DNA of 64,000 bases from Hypanus sabinus (taxonomy: Eukaryota), in assembly GCF_030144855.1 (NCBI RefSeq), contig NC_082712.1:72416001-72480000 (forward strand). The letters are read 5' to 3'. How positions within the stretch are numbered: the stretch's first letter is position 1; every line of letters begins with the position of its first letter. Shown piece after piece: positions 24,691 through 38,111 of the stretch. The position numbers were made by a program, and so were the translations under genes. Below the pieces are notes generated by a model that did not search any database, was not told the DNA's origin, and was given only the letters and a program-made list of their open reading frames with translations.

Positions 24691-26569
24691 TTAACATGGA
24701 AGTAAATGAAGTTGACCTTACACTGGCATAAAAATCCACCAGAGTCACTGACATTCATTAGAAAAAAGCCCAGTCTGACCATATGAAACTGTAGTTCCAC
24801 AGCAGTGCACTTCACTCATAATTGTCCTCCAGAATACACTATAAACCATTCCATTCAAGGGTGATACTGAAAGGACAATTATTGTTTTCCTGTCATCAAT
24901 AACTGCATCTCTGAATGGATGAGGGGGAAGGGCCCTCTCTTTCCTCAAAGCTGCTCCATACCAACTGAGGCAACAATTTCATTAGGATCTTACTGACTTG
25001 ACATTAAGCAATTGTCAGCTTTCCTCAATAGCCCACAACTGCCATCCCATTCTAGCAATGGACACCATAAATGGCAATGATAGGGGATTTTTTCTCATAG
25101 CTATGGTTCTGAAGATGGTTAGGATTAGGAGTGCATCTAGAACTTGACTAGGCTAATAGACTGCATGTGCCGACTATCCAAAATAAAAACAGAAAATGCT
25201 GCGAAAACTTGTCAGTTTAGGTGGCCTCTGCAGACAGATGAACATTTCAGTTCAGGGACCCTTCTCAGAGCTGTGAGAATGAGAACGATTAGTAGATTAG
25301 TTGTCCCTTGTGAAGTGACCCTAGTGTGAGAGTGAGTGGTTGAAATTGGAAGGCAGTGGTTGGGAGGAAGTTGAGGGATGTTTGGGGAATAAAAAGGAAT
25401 GTATAGTAGTGAAGGATGAATGTAAATGGATGGGTGATAGTTGGCACAGACTCAGTGGATTGATGGGGGCCTATTTCCATGTTGTATGTCTATGACACTA
25501 ATGAAATTGTGATTATGAATATACACTCTTAGTCTCCTATAGCTAGTGTGATTGTCAATTTACAATCACTGCTCCCACCACAGAGAAGATGATAATGGAT
25601 TCAGCTATGAAAGATGGGAAGGAAATGGAAGATGTATAAATGATAATAGCTTTTATGAATGTTAATTGTTCACAATTGAGACTGTATTCAGATCATAAAA
25701 TTGAAGATGTTTTTCTAACATTAAAAATTGCTATATCACACGTTGTATATAATTTACAAAGCTCATGGCTGCATGTGTATTCTTTTCTGACATGTAACCT
25801 GTTTCTTATAATGGGTCAGTAACTTTGATTCATCATAGTGCTATATACCTGACATCAGTCAATATTTCATGATCTGTTGGCGGGAAACCCTGGGGACTTT
25901 ATCCTGAGCAGCTATCATTATTAAAGAATGGATGATTGCTTTCAGAGTGTGCTGGGTATTTTATTGCGCAAGAAAAAGAGCTTGAGGTATAATATCTCCT
26001 CTCAAGGGTAAACTTGTGAGGACAACATAAAGTGAGGGAATCAAAGGTGATGAACATCAAAAGAGGCACCCATTGTCAGTTCGAAGGATGTTCTGACCAT
26101 TTTTCCACAGAAAAGATGTGATTAAAAATGTTAAACTAGAAATGCTTCTACATGGCACAACTTCCATGCATATTAGGTCTCTACAGCCAAGATACTAGAA
26201 AAATGAGAGGCGACCTAATATAAAGTACACAATTCTTCATGGTTCAAAAGGGTAGATAGGGAGCAAATTTCCCTTTGGCTAAGTGCCCACATTTATGGAG
26301 CAACACACACAAACTGCTGGAGGAATTAACGAAGGCTCTCTGCCTGAAACATCAACTGTTTATTCCCATCCATGCATACTGCCTGTTTTGCTGAGTTCTT
26401 CCAGCATTTTGTGTGCATTACTCAAGGTTTCCTTTCTGTAGAAACGCTTGTGTTTATGAAACGCAGTTAGACTGGGTGATGAGGAAAGAATATCTTCCGC
26501 TTGCCATCATGGCCCAAGGCATTAAGAACAGGAGATGAGACAAACATTGATTAGTCTTCTGAGTGCATT

Positions 26570-26940
26570 TCTCCTCACCATTTGCTGGGAAGGATGTGAT
26601 TAAGCTGGAAAGGGAGCTGAAAAAGTCCATAAGGATATTACTTGGATTGCAGAGATTGAGTAATCAGGAGAGATTAGGTCTGCTTTCCCTGGAGTGAATG
26701 AGGCTGAGAGGTGACAACTTGAGAAGCTTTCATAGCCCTTGTTTGTTTCCCATGGTAAGGGTGTCTAATGCTGTAAGACATATTCTAGGTTTAGATTGAA
26801 AGGGGGAAGGTTTGAAGGGGATCTGAGGGATTGTTGGTATCTGGAAGAGCTCCCACAAGAGGTGGTGGAGGCAGAAACAATTAAATATTTAAGTAGCTTT
26901 ATGACAGGAATGTTAATGAGCAAGGCACAGGGGGGGGCAA
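26570..26940 (+). mobile_element. Old CR1 3' fragment
   Basis: gaaggatgtgattaagctggaaaggg, gaggctgagaggtgac, gaggtggtggaggcag. Confidence 0.6.
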
Positions 26941-28204
26941 ACACAAGAAACTAATCTATTGAATCTGTAATACATCATCTTTAAATATCATTGCTCACTA
27001 TTTTTAGATTCTAAAACTGTTGCAATGAAATCTGGAAATCCAATAGCTTATTTTACAAAATTATTGACTTAGAGTTGCCTCTAATAGCCTATAGAGCAAT
27101 CAACACAACTTTGTGCTTTTTTCAAAAAGACTTACTTCTTCTCATCTGTGCCTCGGCCTGTGCTCAACGAAGCTGGTAAACCAAAGCCTTCCCACTCTAT
27201 CACCGGCACACACTGACAACAGCCGTTTTGCCTGACCATGCCTTGCTGTGATTTTGTGCTGAGTTTAAGCTCTCATGCTGGCACTTGCTGTGCCTGTTCA
27301 GCTGAACAAGACTGGCCTTGCCCCGAGCTACTCCTTTTACACTCTCTCTTGACATTCAGTAGGGCTATTACACCAACAATTACTGCGCCTGCGCCACCAA
27401 AAACAAAGGGACATTGTGCTCCTCATCATCAGCCGCATTTGTTAATTCATTGATTTGCCTGGATATTAGTCAGTTTTATATGTTATCAACATTTCCATCT
27501 TTCCAGATTGTCGTGTTTCTCAGTTCTTCGAAATAATTATTGATCACCATCATTTTGTTTGAATGCTTTTGGCATTGCCTTTTGTCCCAAGAACACAAAA
27601 ACATAGGAGCAAGAATGGCCACTTGGCCCCTCAACCCTGACTCACTATTCAACACCACTGGGGTAGAAGTGCCTCTAATTTTTTCTTTAACAATGAAAAC
27701 AAACTTCTGGCTATATGACCACACATCAATTAAACTATACTGTTCTGGCTATAAAACTGTATTTCATACGTAAAATCTCTACTTTTTACAACATAAATAT
27801 AAATCCATATTTCGTAGACAATTTTAACTGAAAGATCTCAGTATGTCTTCCTGCTGCCAAAGAAGTGTATCCATCCCAGAGTTTTAAACATGGACTAAGT
27901 GTTTCAGGTTTTGAGTTTGTGTAATCAAGTTATGCTCTGCCATCTAAAATGAATAAGGTAGGCATTTCTCATAGATTGTGTTCATCACTGCTTGGTGGTT
28001 CTACCTTCTAATGAATAGGTTGTCCCAGGATTTAACTTTATAGAGCACAGCAGCACAGACACAGGCCCTTTGGCCCATCTAGTCCATGCCAAACTGTTAT
28101 CATGTCTAATCCCATCGGCCCACACTTAGACCACAGCCCTCCATGATCCTCCCATTCATGTACTTATCCAAACTTCTCTGGCTTCCTAACTCATAAGGGT
28201 GTCA

Positions 28205-28705
28205 ATAGAGTACTAATCTGAGCACTGTTGATGAAAAATATGAAAATAAAGAGAGTGACACAGGATTGTGTAGCCTTGAAACTCAAGTGTGAAAAGTAAC
28301 AATAAACTAGCAATATGCCTTACACCAGATGTGAACAACAAATTAATCAAAATGGAATTGGACAGTAGTTTGGCTGTTTCATTCATTCCACAAGATGAGA
28401 TTGGACGGCATTTTAAAGATACTAAACTTAAGCCTGCAAATATCCAACTAAGAACTTACACTGGAGAAAAGATAACTCCTGTGGGAATGGCATTTGTAAC
28501 AGTGAAATACAACAACCAACAAGGCACATTGAGGTTGTATCTGCTAAACAAAAAGGAGGGACAGCATTGTGGGGATGTGAGTGACTGAGACAACCACTAC
28601 TTGATTGGAGATCTACCTACAATTTGCATGCCACATCCACTGCAATGAAGCCAACTGAAAGCAAATTAGAAAGAGTACTGGATGATGCCGCAACTGTCTC
28701 CATGC
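28205..28705 (+). mobile_element. Ty3/Gypsy gag-protease remnant
   Basis: ORF 28289-28588 IKMELDSSLAVSFIP...LKPANIQLRTYTGEKITPVG...VTVKYN (decayed DTG aspartyl protease), followed by G.ALWG..*LRQ..LDW. Confidence 0.8.
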
Positions 28706-28744
28706 CAAATACCGTGAACTGTCTCTGAACTGAGGACAACCAGG

Positions 28745-29560
28745 TAGTGGATACAAACCTCTGTGCCTCTGGTTGGAAAGCCTATTGGACCAAAGAAGGG
28801 CCATGCTGCTCAGTGGAATCATAAAGGTGACGATAGCAATGGTCTGTCTATAACAGTTTTTGTAGGGACATACTTGAGAAAGTCTCTGATATGTTAATCA
28901 GGCAGTTACATGTGAATTGTAGCTATGTTTTAAGCAACAAGCTTCAAGAAAGTTGCAAGCATTCAGCTTTTATGAGTATAAAGAATCAGAATCTACCCTG
29001 CACACACTAAGGTTATCCTATGAACTTCAAATCAGAGACAAAAAAGGTGTTTGTAAAAGTAGATGCAAAGACCAAAGCCCAGCTGGATGAATAGAAGGCC
29101 AAAAAGAAAGGAGTCAATGGAAATACAAAAACAGAGGATTTGTCAGATGGTGTTGTGGATGCGGAAACCAAGAGAGATCGAATCATAAAAGGAATAGAAG
29201 AAGGATTAATAAGAGAATACTCCAGTGAACTAAATGGACATTCCCAAGGTCAAGATGCACAAGCTAGAAGAAGGAAAAGGAGGGAAGAGATGGAGAGAAA
29301 GAAGGTGAACAAGAAAGGGAATAGTGTGAAAGAGAGAAGGAACTTAAGAAAGAAAATGAAATGGATCAAAATAGATCAGAGAGAAAAAATGAGAAGAAAG
29401 GCATCTAGAGCTGTCAGAACCTCTGCCTGTGGTTTGAGTGAACACCTACAACCACCGCTGAAACTGAGGTTCTTCTAGTGCTAGGTCCCACCTGCCAAGT
29501 GAGTAATCTCCTTTGTCAGGAAAGACATCATCCCACAAGAGAAAGAAATCCTCCACAGCT
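28745..29560 (+). pseudogene. rbm25: Processed pseudogene of RBM25 (RRM domain to ER-rich region), with internal deletions
   Basis: Intronless read-through of ...VGKPIGPKKGH...TVFVG/(fs)LEKVSDMLIRQL...LQAFSFYEYKESESTLHTLRL.YELQIRDKK/(fs)VFVKVDAKTKAQLDE*KAKKKGVNGN...DAETKRDRIIKG..EGLIREYSSELNG, versus RBM25 TVFVGNISEKASDMLIRQLL...LQAFGFCEYKEPESTLRALRLL...VKVDAKTKAQLDEWKAKKK...LIREYSSELN. Nonsense TAG at 29092-29094 plus frameshifts. 3' boundary uncertain. Confidence 0.88.
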
Positions 29561-29739
29561 ATCAAAACTTTAGACCTTAAATTTACAATGCTGTGGATGT
29601 CTGATCTGTTTATAGTAGTTCTGCTATACAATATACTCTATATATAGTTGAGATGCATTCTATATTGTGTTGGAGTTTACAGTAAAGCAGGGAAGAGTTG
29701 TGTATTTAATATTTCATTAATTTTGCGTAATTTTGTATG

Positions 29740-31615
29740 TATCTTTGTATGCAGATGTATGCATCTTTGTTGTCCAGATGTTCCACAGGCTGAGTGAAGA
29801 ATGAATGAAATGACATCTGCTATTGAACTGTTGTGCTGGGAGGCAAATTGGAGGAGATGCAAGTAACATCTCAAGCAGGAGTGATGTTTTTCATCACTAA
29901 CCTCTCAAAGCACTCCACAGTGAATGTAAGTGCTACTAAATGGCAGTCATTGAGGCAGGTTACTATATCCTTCTTGAAGCAGGAGGATACCTCAAACTGC
30001 TGAATCGAGAGGTTAAAGATATTGGTGAACACTCCAGCAAGTTGATCAGCACAGGTCTTCATTACTCAGCCAGATTCTTCAGCTGGGTTTGATGCTTTCC
30101 AAAGGTTCACCCTCGTAACAGGTACTCTCATGTTGGCCTCAGAGACTGAAATCACAGGTTCTTCAGGGGCTGTGGGAATTCATAGAGTTCCTCCACGTTT
30201 GATGGTGAAAGTTTGATGATGCGTTGAAGGCATTGAGCTCATCTGGAAGCGAATCCTTGTTTTCTGCTAGGTTGCTTGGTTTCACTTTTTAGGAGCTAAT
30301 AGCATTCAACCCTGTCACAGCTGGCAAGCATTCTTTAGTGATTCAAGTTCAGTTCGGAATTGCCTCTTCATCCGTGAGGTGGCATTCTGGAGATCGTACC
30401 TGGACCGCTTGTATCTTACTTAGTCACCAAACCTGGATGTCACCAATCTGGCCCTCAGCAGATGTGGATATCATGCTTCATCCAGGGCTTCTGGTTGGGT
30501 AAGACTCTGAATGGGGACACATCCATATACAGCTGTTTGTATAAACTCCATGACAACTGTGGTGAATTCATTTAGATATTCTGAGTCCTTGAACATGGCC
30601 CAGTCCACCAACTGGAAGCAATCACATAGGCGCTTCTCTGCCTCCAGAAACCTTTGTTGTCCTTATTTCTTGAGCCTTGCTCTTTAGCTTTTGCCTGTAC
30701 GCAGATACAGCCAGGTGGTTGGGTTTCTTAAATTGCAGTCTGGGCATGGATTGATAGGCATTCCTTATTGTAGTATAGCCATATATTGGGACCTCTAGTG
30801 CTGCAGGTTATATGATGATGGTAATTGTGCAGAGATTTCTTCAAACAAGCCTGACTGAAGCCTCCAAGTATAATTTAAATGTGCCAAGGTGGACTGTATT
30901 TTAGTTTGCTGATGGCAGCATTCAATATCCCGAGTGCCTGATTACCACTGGCTTTTTGCAGTATGTAAACTGTAGTCAGGATCACAGAGGAGAACTCTCT
31001 TGGTAAGTAGAATGGTCAACACTTAATTATTAGATGTTCCAGGTTGGAGAAACAGGAGTATATCAAAATTGCCACTTTCAAGAACCACAGAGAGTTTATC
31101 TTGAAACATAAGCCCCCATCTATTGCCTTCTCTGAATTAGCAGTTTTGTCCATCCTATATATTGAGAAGTCTTCAGGTCTGATCACTGAATCTGGCATTT
31201 CAGTGAGAGCCATGTCTCTGGGAAATGCAGAACACAGCAATTCTTCATTTCCCGATGATTTAGCAATCTTGCCCTTGCGTCCTCAATCTTGTTTTCCAGT
31301 GACCGTATATTTGCTAACAAGATGCTGGGTAGAGGGGGTCTCTTTCCTTTGCATTTCAGTCTGGCTTGGAGTCCACCACTCCTCTCTCTCTTTCTGTCAT
31401 GATGAAGTACCTTTGCCTGTATACTTGAGAGTTAAATCCAACAAGTCCTTGACAAGATCGTGAAATCGCTATTTCATTAAGATGGTTCAAATGTACATTG
31501 TTTAAAGAAAAACTATACGCTGCAGATTGCAGTGTGGGTAATTTGAAAGAGGGGTATTTAGAAGTTTTGTAAGCAGCCTACCAGATGTCATGAATCTTTA
31601 CTGGCACCACCTTGG
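29740..31615 (-). mobile_element. Degraded Rex1/Babar LINE (5' end, APE and N-terminal RT; 3' part absent)
   Basis: ORF 29871-30062 ([18 protein letters not shown]...CFKK..VTCLND..VALT...CFERLVMK) and 31016-31240 (GGLCFKINSLW...LEHL.IKC). 5' end resembles 57960-58020. Confidence 0.85.
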
Positions 31616-31819
31616 GAAGGTCAGACTATATAGGTACCTCCATATTCATTGCTGATATTTACTTTCCTTGTAATGAGGAATCCAAAGTTAATGGTCCTGG
31701 TGTACATCTTATATTGCCAAGTTAACAACCTCTCCCTCAATGTCCAAAAAGCAAAAGAGCTGATTGTGTTTTGCACAAAGAACAGAGACAGACTCGCCCC
31801 AATTCATTGCTTGGGATTT

Positions 31820-32330
31820 GGACATTGATAGCAAGGCCAGTATATACTGTCCATCCCTTAATTGCTCTTGAAAAGTGATGATGAGCCAACTTCTCAAGGT
31901 GTTACCTTTATTCTGCTGAAGCCATCCCAACAGCATTTCAGGATTTTAACCCACCAGCAATGCAGGAACAGCAATGGATTTCTAGTCTTGTGTATCCTAT
32001 AATGGTAATCCTATGTATCTATTGCCATTGTCCTTCTTGGTATTAGTGGTCATGTGTTTGGGAGGTGCTGCTAGGCAGCCAAGCTGGTAACCGTGGTGCA
32101 CTTCCTGATCTTTGCATGTTGCAACCATTATGTGCCAAGGGTGAAGAACTGTACTGAGAGGATGGTGGATGGGGATGTCAATCAATCGAACTGCTTGTTT
32201 CTGGATAGTGAGAAGAATTTTGTGTACTGTTGAATTGCAATCTTCAGAGCAAGGAGTGAGTGTTCTGTCACAATCCTGGCTTGTGGAAAGTCTTTGGTAA
32301 GTCACTTGCCTTGCCTCCAATTTTCTCCTA
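31820..32330 (-). mobile_element. Old non-LTR LINE 3' end (clade uncertain)
   Basis: aaggccagtatatactgtccatcccttaattgctcttgaaaagtgatgatgagcc. The same tail appears on the plus strand at ~18895-18970. Confidence 0.55.
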
Positions 32331-32442
32331 AAGCCTTATTTATGCAGCTCTTCACAAGAAACTGTGTAATGTAATATTGAAGAAAATTCAAGGACAATAT
32401 GACCACAAATAATCAAAGTTCCAAAAAGAATTAGTACTTTAG

Positions 32443-33565
32443 TTGGAGCAGATAGGGAGACAGATTCTGGAAAGGTGTAATAACAGAGTTGTCGTGATGG
32501 GAGATTTTAATTTCACAAATATCAATTGGCATCTCCCTAGAGTGAGGGGTTTAGATGAGGTGGAGTTTGTTAGGTGTGTTCAAGAAGGTTTCTTGACACA
32601 ATATGCAGATAAGCCTACAAGAGGAGAGGTTGTACTTGATCTGGTATTGGGAAGTGAACCTGGTCAGCTGTCAGATCTTTCCGTGGGAGATTATTTTGGA
32701 GCTAGTGATCACAATTCTATCCCCTTTACCAGAGCATTGGAGAGGGATAGGAACAGACAAGTTAGGAAAGTGTTTAATTAGAGTAAGGAGAACTATGAGG
32801 CTACCAGGCAGGGTCTTGGAAGCATAAATTGGGAACAGATGCTCTCAGGGATATGTACGGAAGAAATGTGGCAAATGTTCAAGGGATATTTGCGCAAAGA
32901 TATGTTCCAATGAGACAGAGACAGGATGATAGGGTACAGGAACTGTGTTGCACAAACGCCATTGTAAATCTAGTCAAGAAAAGAAGAGCTTACAAAAGGT
33001 TCAAAAAACTAGGTAATAATAGAGATCTAGAAGATTATAAGGCCAGAAGGAGCCATGAGAAGGCCTTGGTGGACAGGTTTAAGGAAAACCCCAAAGCATT
33101 CTACAAGTATGTGAAGTGCAAGAGTTTAAGATGTGAGAGAATAGGACCAATCAAGTGTGATAGTGGAAAAGTGTGCATGGAAACAGAAGAGATAGCAGAG
33201 ATACTTAATTAATACTTTGCTTCAGTATTCACTATGGAAAAGGATCTTGGCAATTGTAGGAATAACTTACAGTGGACTGAAAAGCTTGAGCATGTAGATA
33301 TTAAGAAAGAGGATGTGCTGGAGCTTTTAGAAAGCATCAAGTTGAATAAGTCACCGGGACCAGACAAGATATACCCCAGGCTACTGTGGGAGGCGAGGGA
33401 AGAGATTGCTAACCCTCTGGCAATGATCCTTGCAACATCAATGAGGACAGAATTAGTTCTGGAGGATTGGAGGGTTGTGGATGTTGTTCCCTTATTCAAG
33501 AAAGGGCGTAGAGGTAGCCCAGGAAATTAAAGCCCAGTGAGTCTTACTTCAGTGGTTGGTAAGTT
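32443..33565 (+). mobile_element. CR1 ORF2 fragment (endonuclease C-half to pre-RT)
   Basis: ORFs 32443-32781 (VVMGDFNF...PTRGEVVLDLVLG.EP...SDHNSI), 32829-33212 (KENPKAFYKYVK), 33234-33530 (KSPGPDKIYPRLLWE...EDWRV.DVVPLFKKG). Confidence 0.9.
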
Positions 33566-34024
33566 AGAACATAGGACACTACAGCACATTACAGGCCCTT
33601 CAGCACACAATGTTATGCCGACCCTCAAACCCTGCCTCCCATATAACCCCCCACCTTAAATTCCTCCATAAACCTGTCCAGTAGTCTCTTAAACTTCACT
33701 AGTGAATCTGCCTCCACCACTGACTCAGGCAGTGCATTCCACACACCAACCATTCTCTGAGTAAAAAACCTTCCCCTAATATTCCCCATTGAACTTCCCA
33801 CCCCTTACCTTAAAGCCATGACTTCTTGTATTGAGCAGTGGTGCCTCTTAATATCCTGTTTACCTCTATCATGTCTCCTCTCATCCTCCTCTCCAAAGAG
33901 TAAAGCCCTAGCTCCTTTAATCTCTGATCATAATGCATAATGCATACTATCTAAACCAGGCAGCATCTATGGTAAATCTCCTCTAAAACCCTTTCCAATG
34001 CTTCCATATCCTTCCTATAGTGAA
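33566..34024 (-). mobile_element. CR1 3' end (copy 1)
   Basis: agaacatag-type tail, 3'UTR hairpin and C-terminal ORF2. Near-identical to 34200-34590. Confidence 0.85.
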
Positions 34025-34199
34025 GCTTTGCCAGCAACTTTTATGTTAAAGACCTTTGCCATTTATACCCAACAATAGACAATTGTAATGCACTTCAGAT
34101 TGGGCACTTATCCCTCCTTCCTACTTAATCTCATTCTGCTATTCAAAATTGTGGTACAAAATGAATAATTGCTAATGATTTCATTATTACAGCTTCTTT

Positions 34200-34750
34200 A
34201 ACATAGAACATAGAATAGTACAGCACATTACAGGCCCTTCGGCCCACAATGTTGTGCCGACCCTTAAACCCTGTTTCCCATATAATCCCCCACCTTAAAT
34301 TCCTCCATATACCTGTCTAGTAGTTTCTTAAATTTCACTAGTGTATCTGCCTCCACCACTGACTCAGGCAGTGCATTCCACACACCAACCACTCTCTGAG
34401 TGAAAAACCTTCCTCTAATATCCCCCTTGAACTTCCCTCCCTTTACCTTAAAGCCATGTCCTCTTGTAAAGCTTATGAGTAAAGCCCTAGCTCCCTTAAT
34501 CTCTGATCATAATCCATACTCTCTAAACCATGCAGCATCTTGGTAAATCTCCTCTGTACCCTTTCCAATGCTTCCACATCCTTCCTATAGTGAGGCGACC
34601 AGAACTGGACACAGTACTCCAAGTGTGGCCTAACTAGAGTTTTATGTTGACCCATGCATTATTACATCATGTCTCTTAAACTCTATCCCTCGACTTATGA
34701 AAGCTAACACCCCATAAGCTTTCTTAACTATCCTATCTACTTGTGAGGCA
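34200..34750 (-). mobile_element. CR1 3' end (copy 2) with internal deletion
   Basis: ORF 34473-34655 KTLVRPHLEYCVQFWSPHYRKDVEALERVQRRFTKML. acatagaacatagaa tail. Confidence 0.88.
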
Positions 34751-34754
34751 CTTA

Positions 34755-36490
34755 AATAGGGAAGCTTGGGCAGAAATGTGGAGACTGATTTTACTTTGAT
34801 AAGGTTCAAGTCATTTTCTTTGCAATTGAAGATTGATTTCGGTAAACTTTGAAAATAATCCTGACAAATAAGCAACGTCAAAGTCATTTCTTGAGTTGAT
34901 TATTGAATAAAGCATTCGAGTCTTCAAAGAATTTTATCACAGTTTCAAAAAGTGCATTGAAGTGTCTCAGGCAGTTTCCTTTTCAGAGCCATCTGACTTC
35001 TGTGTGCAACAGCAAGTGTTGTTCATCTGTTCATCTTTCTCAATACAAAGCTCTTGAAATAGTCGAGAATTGTACTTACTGCGTGATAACAGTATTTAAT
35101 GATCTAAGCAGCCAATCACTTGGGCTTTTTGCATCAAGGTGTTATCTGAGATTTATACAGTGGATTGTAAATATGTTAGGTAACAGTTTTTTTCAAGAAA
35201 ATAACAACATCAAGGCGACATCTTTTCATCAATGGTGCCCTGTCTGTTGCACAAGCAAGAACGTTGGTGAGTGGAATGTTTCCAGTCCCCTTGCAAATAA
35301 CAACTCTTGAACAATGCTTTAATCTTTTATGAAGGAAACATAACCAAGAAGCGCAGATTTGTGCCTGGCAAAGTTGTCTCAACCAACTGCAGTGCAAATT
35401 CTGTTGTCCTAGGTTTGTTGTACAATGTGTTTTCCACATTCTCAGACATTTTATCTATTCATTTTGAATAGAGTCGTCGCTGAGATGAATCATTTTCATT
35501 CTTTGCTCTGATGAGTTAATGCATAACCATATTCAGAACCTCCCTTGCTTCTGGCGGAATCAGTTTTTCTCCAATTGTATGATGTTTTCCAGATTTAGCA
35601 ATAAAATGTTGCATGAAGCACACAAACCATCACTGTTCTGTTGTGAAGTGCTGGCAAACATGTTTTTAACTGCTTTGCATTTCTGAAAGTTTTTATGCAG
35701 CGACTGAAATTAAGACAAGTTCTTGTTTGCTTTGTCAGAGTATATTCTTTTCAAAAGTTCAAGGAGCCTTGGTGGCTTCATTGCCTCATTCATAAAAAAA
35801 ATTTCATACAATAGACACATTAGCTGCTCTTGGTTCCTTGGTGCTGGTATCAATCCATATCCCATATACTCCACATTAATCTGTCAACACTTTGTTTTCA
35901 TTTGGCCTGCTTTCACTTATTGTTTAAGTCTAACCTCAAGCACTGCAATCAATAAAGGGGAAATTTATGACACTATCATAACTCAGGCAAAACCTGACTC
36001 TCGGCCTGAAGGTACATAAAGTTATGTCGGTTGGGTCATCGGCTAGAGAAATGTGGTCAAAATCATTCAAAAGAGCAGATTATGAACTGAACCCCTTTGA
36101 ACAGCATACCCCAATTCATAGGAATTGTGTCATTGCATGATTAGAGTGTGGAAATCTAGCTAACCCTGTACTACAGTAGTGAATAGCACTAATCCACAGA
36201 AAATAACACGATTTCTTCAGTCCAGATTTCTCATGATGTGCTAAGTACAGAAGTGTCACATTGCTTTTCAACAACTATAATGTGCTTCGAGCAAAGTCTA
36301 AGAGAACGGTGGGTGAGTAAGTGATCAGGGGGTTCTATGATCATTGTTTATAATTATGTGACACTGAGGATCAAGTGCTTATGATAAGTAATTAATTTAT
36401 TAAATTAAACCTCTAATTCCTCAGCTGCCCACTTTCTACCGAACATGCCCCCCACTGCCCCCTTTATGCTTATTACGCCCTTAGAAACTC
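34755..36490 (-). mobile_element. hAT-Charlie/Buster (ZBED8/SCAND3-like) transposase relic
   Basis: Minus strand: VEYMGYG...MCL....NEAMKP (BED finger, ~35760-35890), NIPLTNVLACATDRAPLM (D-G-A motif), TIHC..R.HL, NSRLFQELC, LLLHTEVRWL.KGNCL, INLQLQ...NLIKVK. 5' end beyond 35930 is tentative. Confidence 0.85.
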
Positions 36491-38111
36491 AGTATCACTC
36501 ACTTTCTGAACTATGGGGCTATAGTAAGTGAATTATGCTCATGTTACAATGATACAGAACTTGAGAGAACACCATAGAGACAAACAAGCATCTTCTTTCT
36601 TATGTTGTACTGAATTATATTGTTTAATATAAGTACAAACATCTGCATTTATATTAAAACTAAAACTGCAGCCCATTATCTTGGTTTCTGAGATTTCCCT
36701 TGGCTGTTGTAAAGAGAGAATTCTGAAAACAAGCAGCCATAGTTCCATCTGTAGCACAATCCTCTGCAGATAAGCAAATAGCAGTTGCAATTTGTTGATG
36801 ACTTAATCAATCAAAAGAAAACCCTACAATTATTGAAAATATAATCATGCAGATTAAAAATTTGTCTTGGCATTTGGGCAGTGACAAGGACCTCATAAGA
36901 TGGATGTCATTCTGTCAAACATATTAATACTGATTAAGGTTATTTCTCATTGGACTCAACCTGTCCATTATGGTTAATTGCACTATGGTTAGAAACAATG
37001 TATTGTACACAGAAGAGCACTTACAGAATTTTAATCAGCTCCTCTCTTCCTGGTGCAGAAAATCTAATATTTGTTTACAAAAAAATGTTATACTGTATGC
37101 ACTACTTAGATGCTGCATTCTCCCTTACATGTTCTGATACGCTGCTTTTGAATCTTGTGCATTTTTACTTTCTGTGAGACTTGCGTAATTGGAATCATGC
37201 TGATATCACTGTTCCAGGTCGCAGGGGTTTCCATGAATTAAACAGTTGATAACAACCAGCAAGGAAAATAATGTCCATGCCGCAGTTATTATCATGGTAT
37301 TTCACTTCTGCACTGTCCACAGTATCTAGTTCCACCTAAAACACAATTTGTTAGCATATTATGTAAGTATAAAGGTGTCAATCCATTCATTTGGAACTGC
37401 TCTGTCTGTAAGTTTATTAGAACAGCAGTCAAGAAGACTTCAGCTGATTTCAGTACAGGTTAGTCCAGGGATAGTATATGGGTTAACTGAATTCCCAGTA
37501 CTGATTATTTTCTCTGTATGGCTCTACAATCATGAGTTACACTCTTGCTTCATTTTATCAGTTTTAAAGGTTCTTAAAATTAGTTAAAAGTAGTTTAAAC
37601 ACAGTTCATTTATTTTTAGTGATTCATGTTTAAGCCCAAGCACATTCTTAAAATACAGTTTAACGTCTGAGGATTTCTTTCTTACAGAAGACTTCCAAAT
37701 TGCCAAGCATTTCTAAAACACAAAAGATTTCCAAAACACAGGTGCAATTTCTAGAAGCTAAAAAGACATACTAACAAACTGCAGATGAACCAGTCATCAT
37801 TTGCAGAAGTCAAGACAGAAGAATGGATTCTAGTTCACCCCATGTTTCTGTCATTCTTCTTGAAGTTCCTCGATCATTTGTAATAAACAAGAAATGCTTT
37901 CTACATTTATAGTGTTTTACTGCCACTTGGGTGTGCAGAATATTCACAATCATGTGAATATTTTATTCAAATGCCTTTTTACACAAATGGTCTAAAAGCT
38001 TTCGGATACAGAGTTCCTAGCTACCCACAAAGATAATATCAATCTGGTCTGCAAACTTCCGTGAACTTAACAACATAGCCAGTTCTATTTAGATTGAAAG
38101 CCAAATTAAAT

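Noticed and set aside
29140-29478. Basic K/R/E-rich 112-aa ORF as a novel small gene
   Set aside because: It is the out-of-context middle of the RBM25 pseudogene, with a TTG start and an upstream in-frame stop.
34755-35930. Domesticated ZBED8/SCAND3-like host gene
   Set aside because: Many stops, frameshifts and deletions show it is a fossil hAT transposase.
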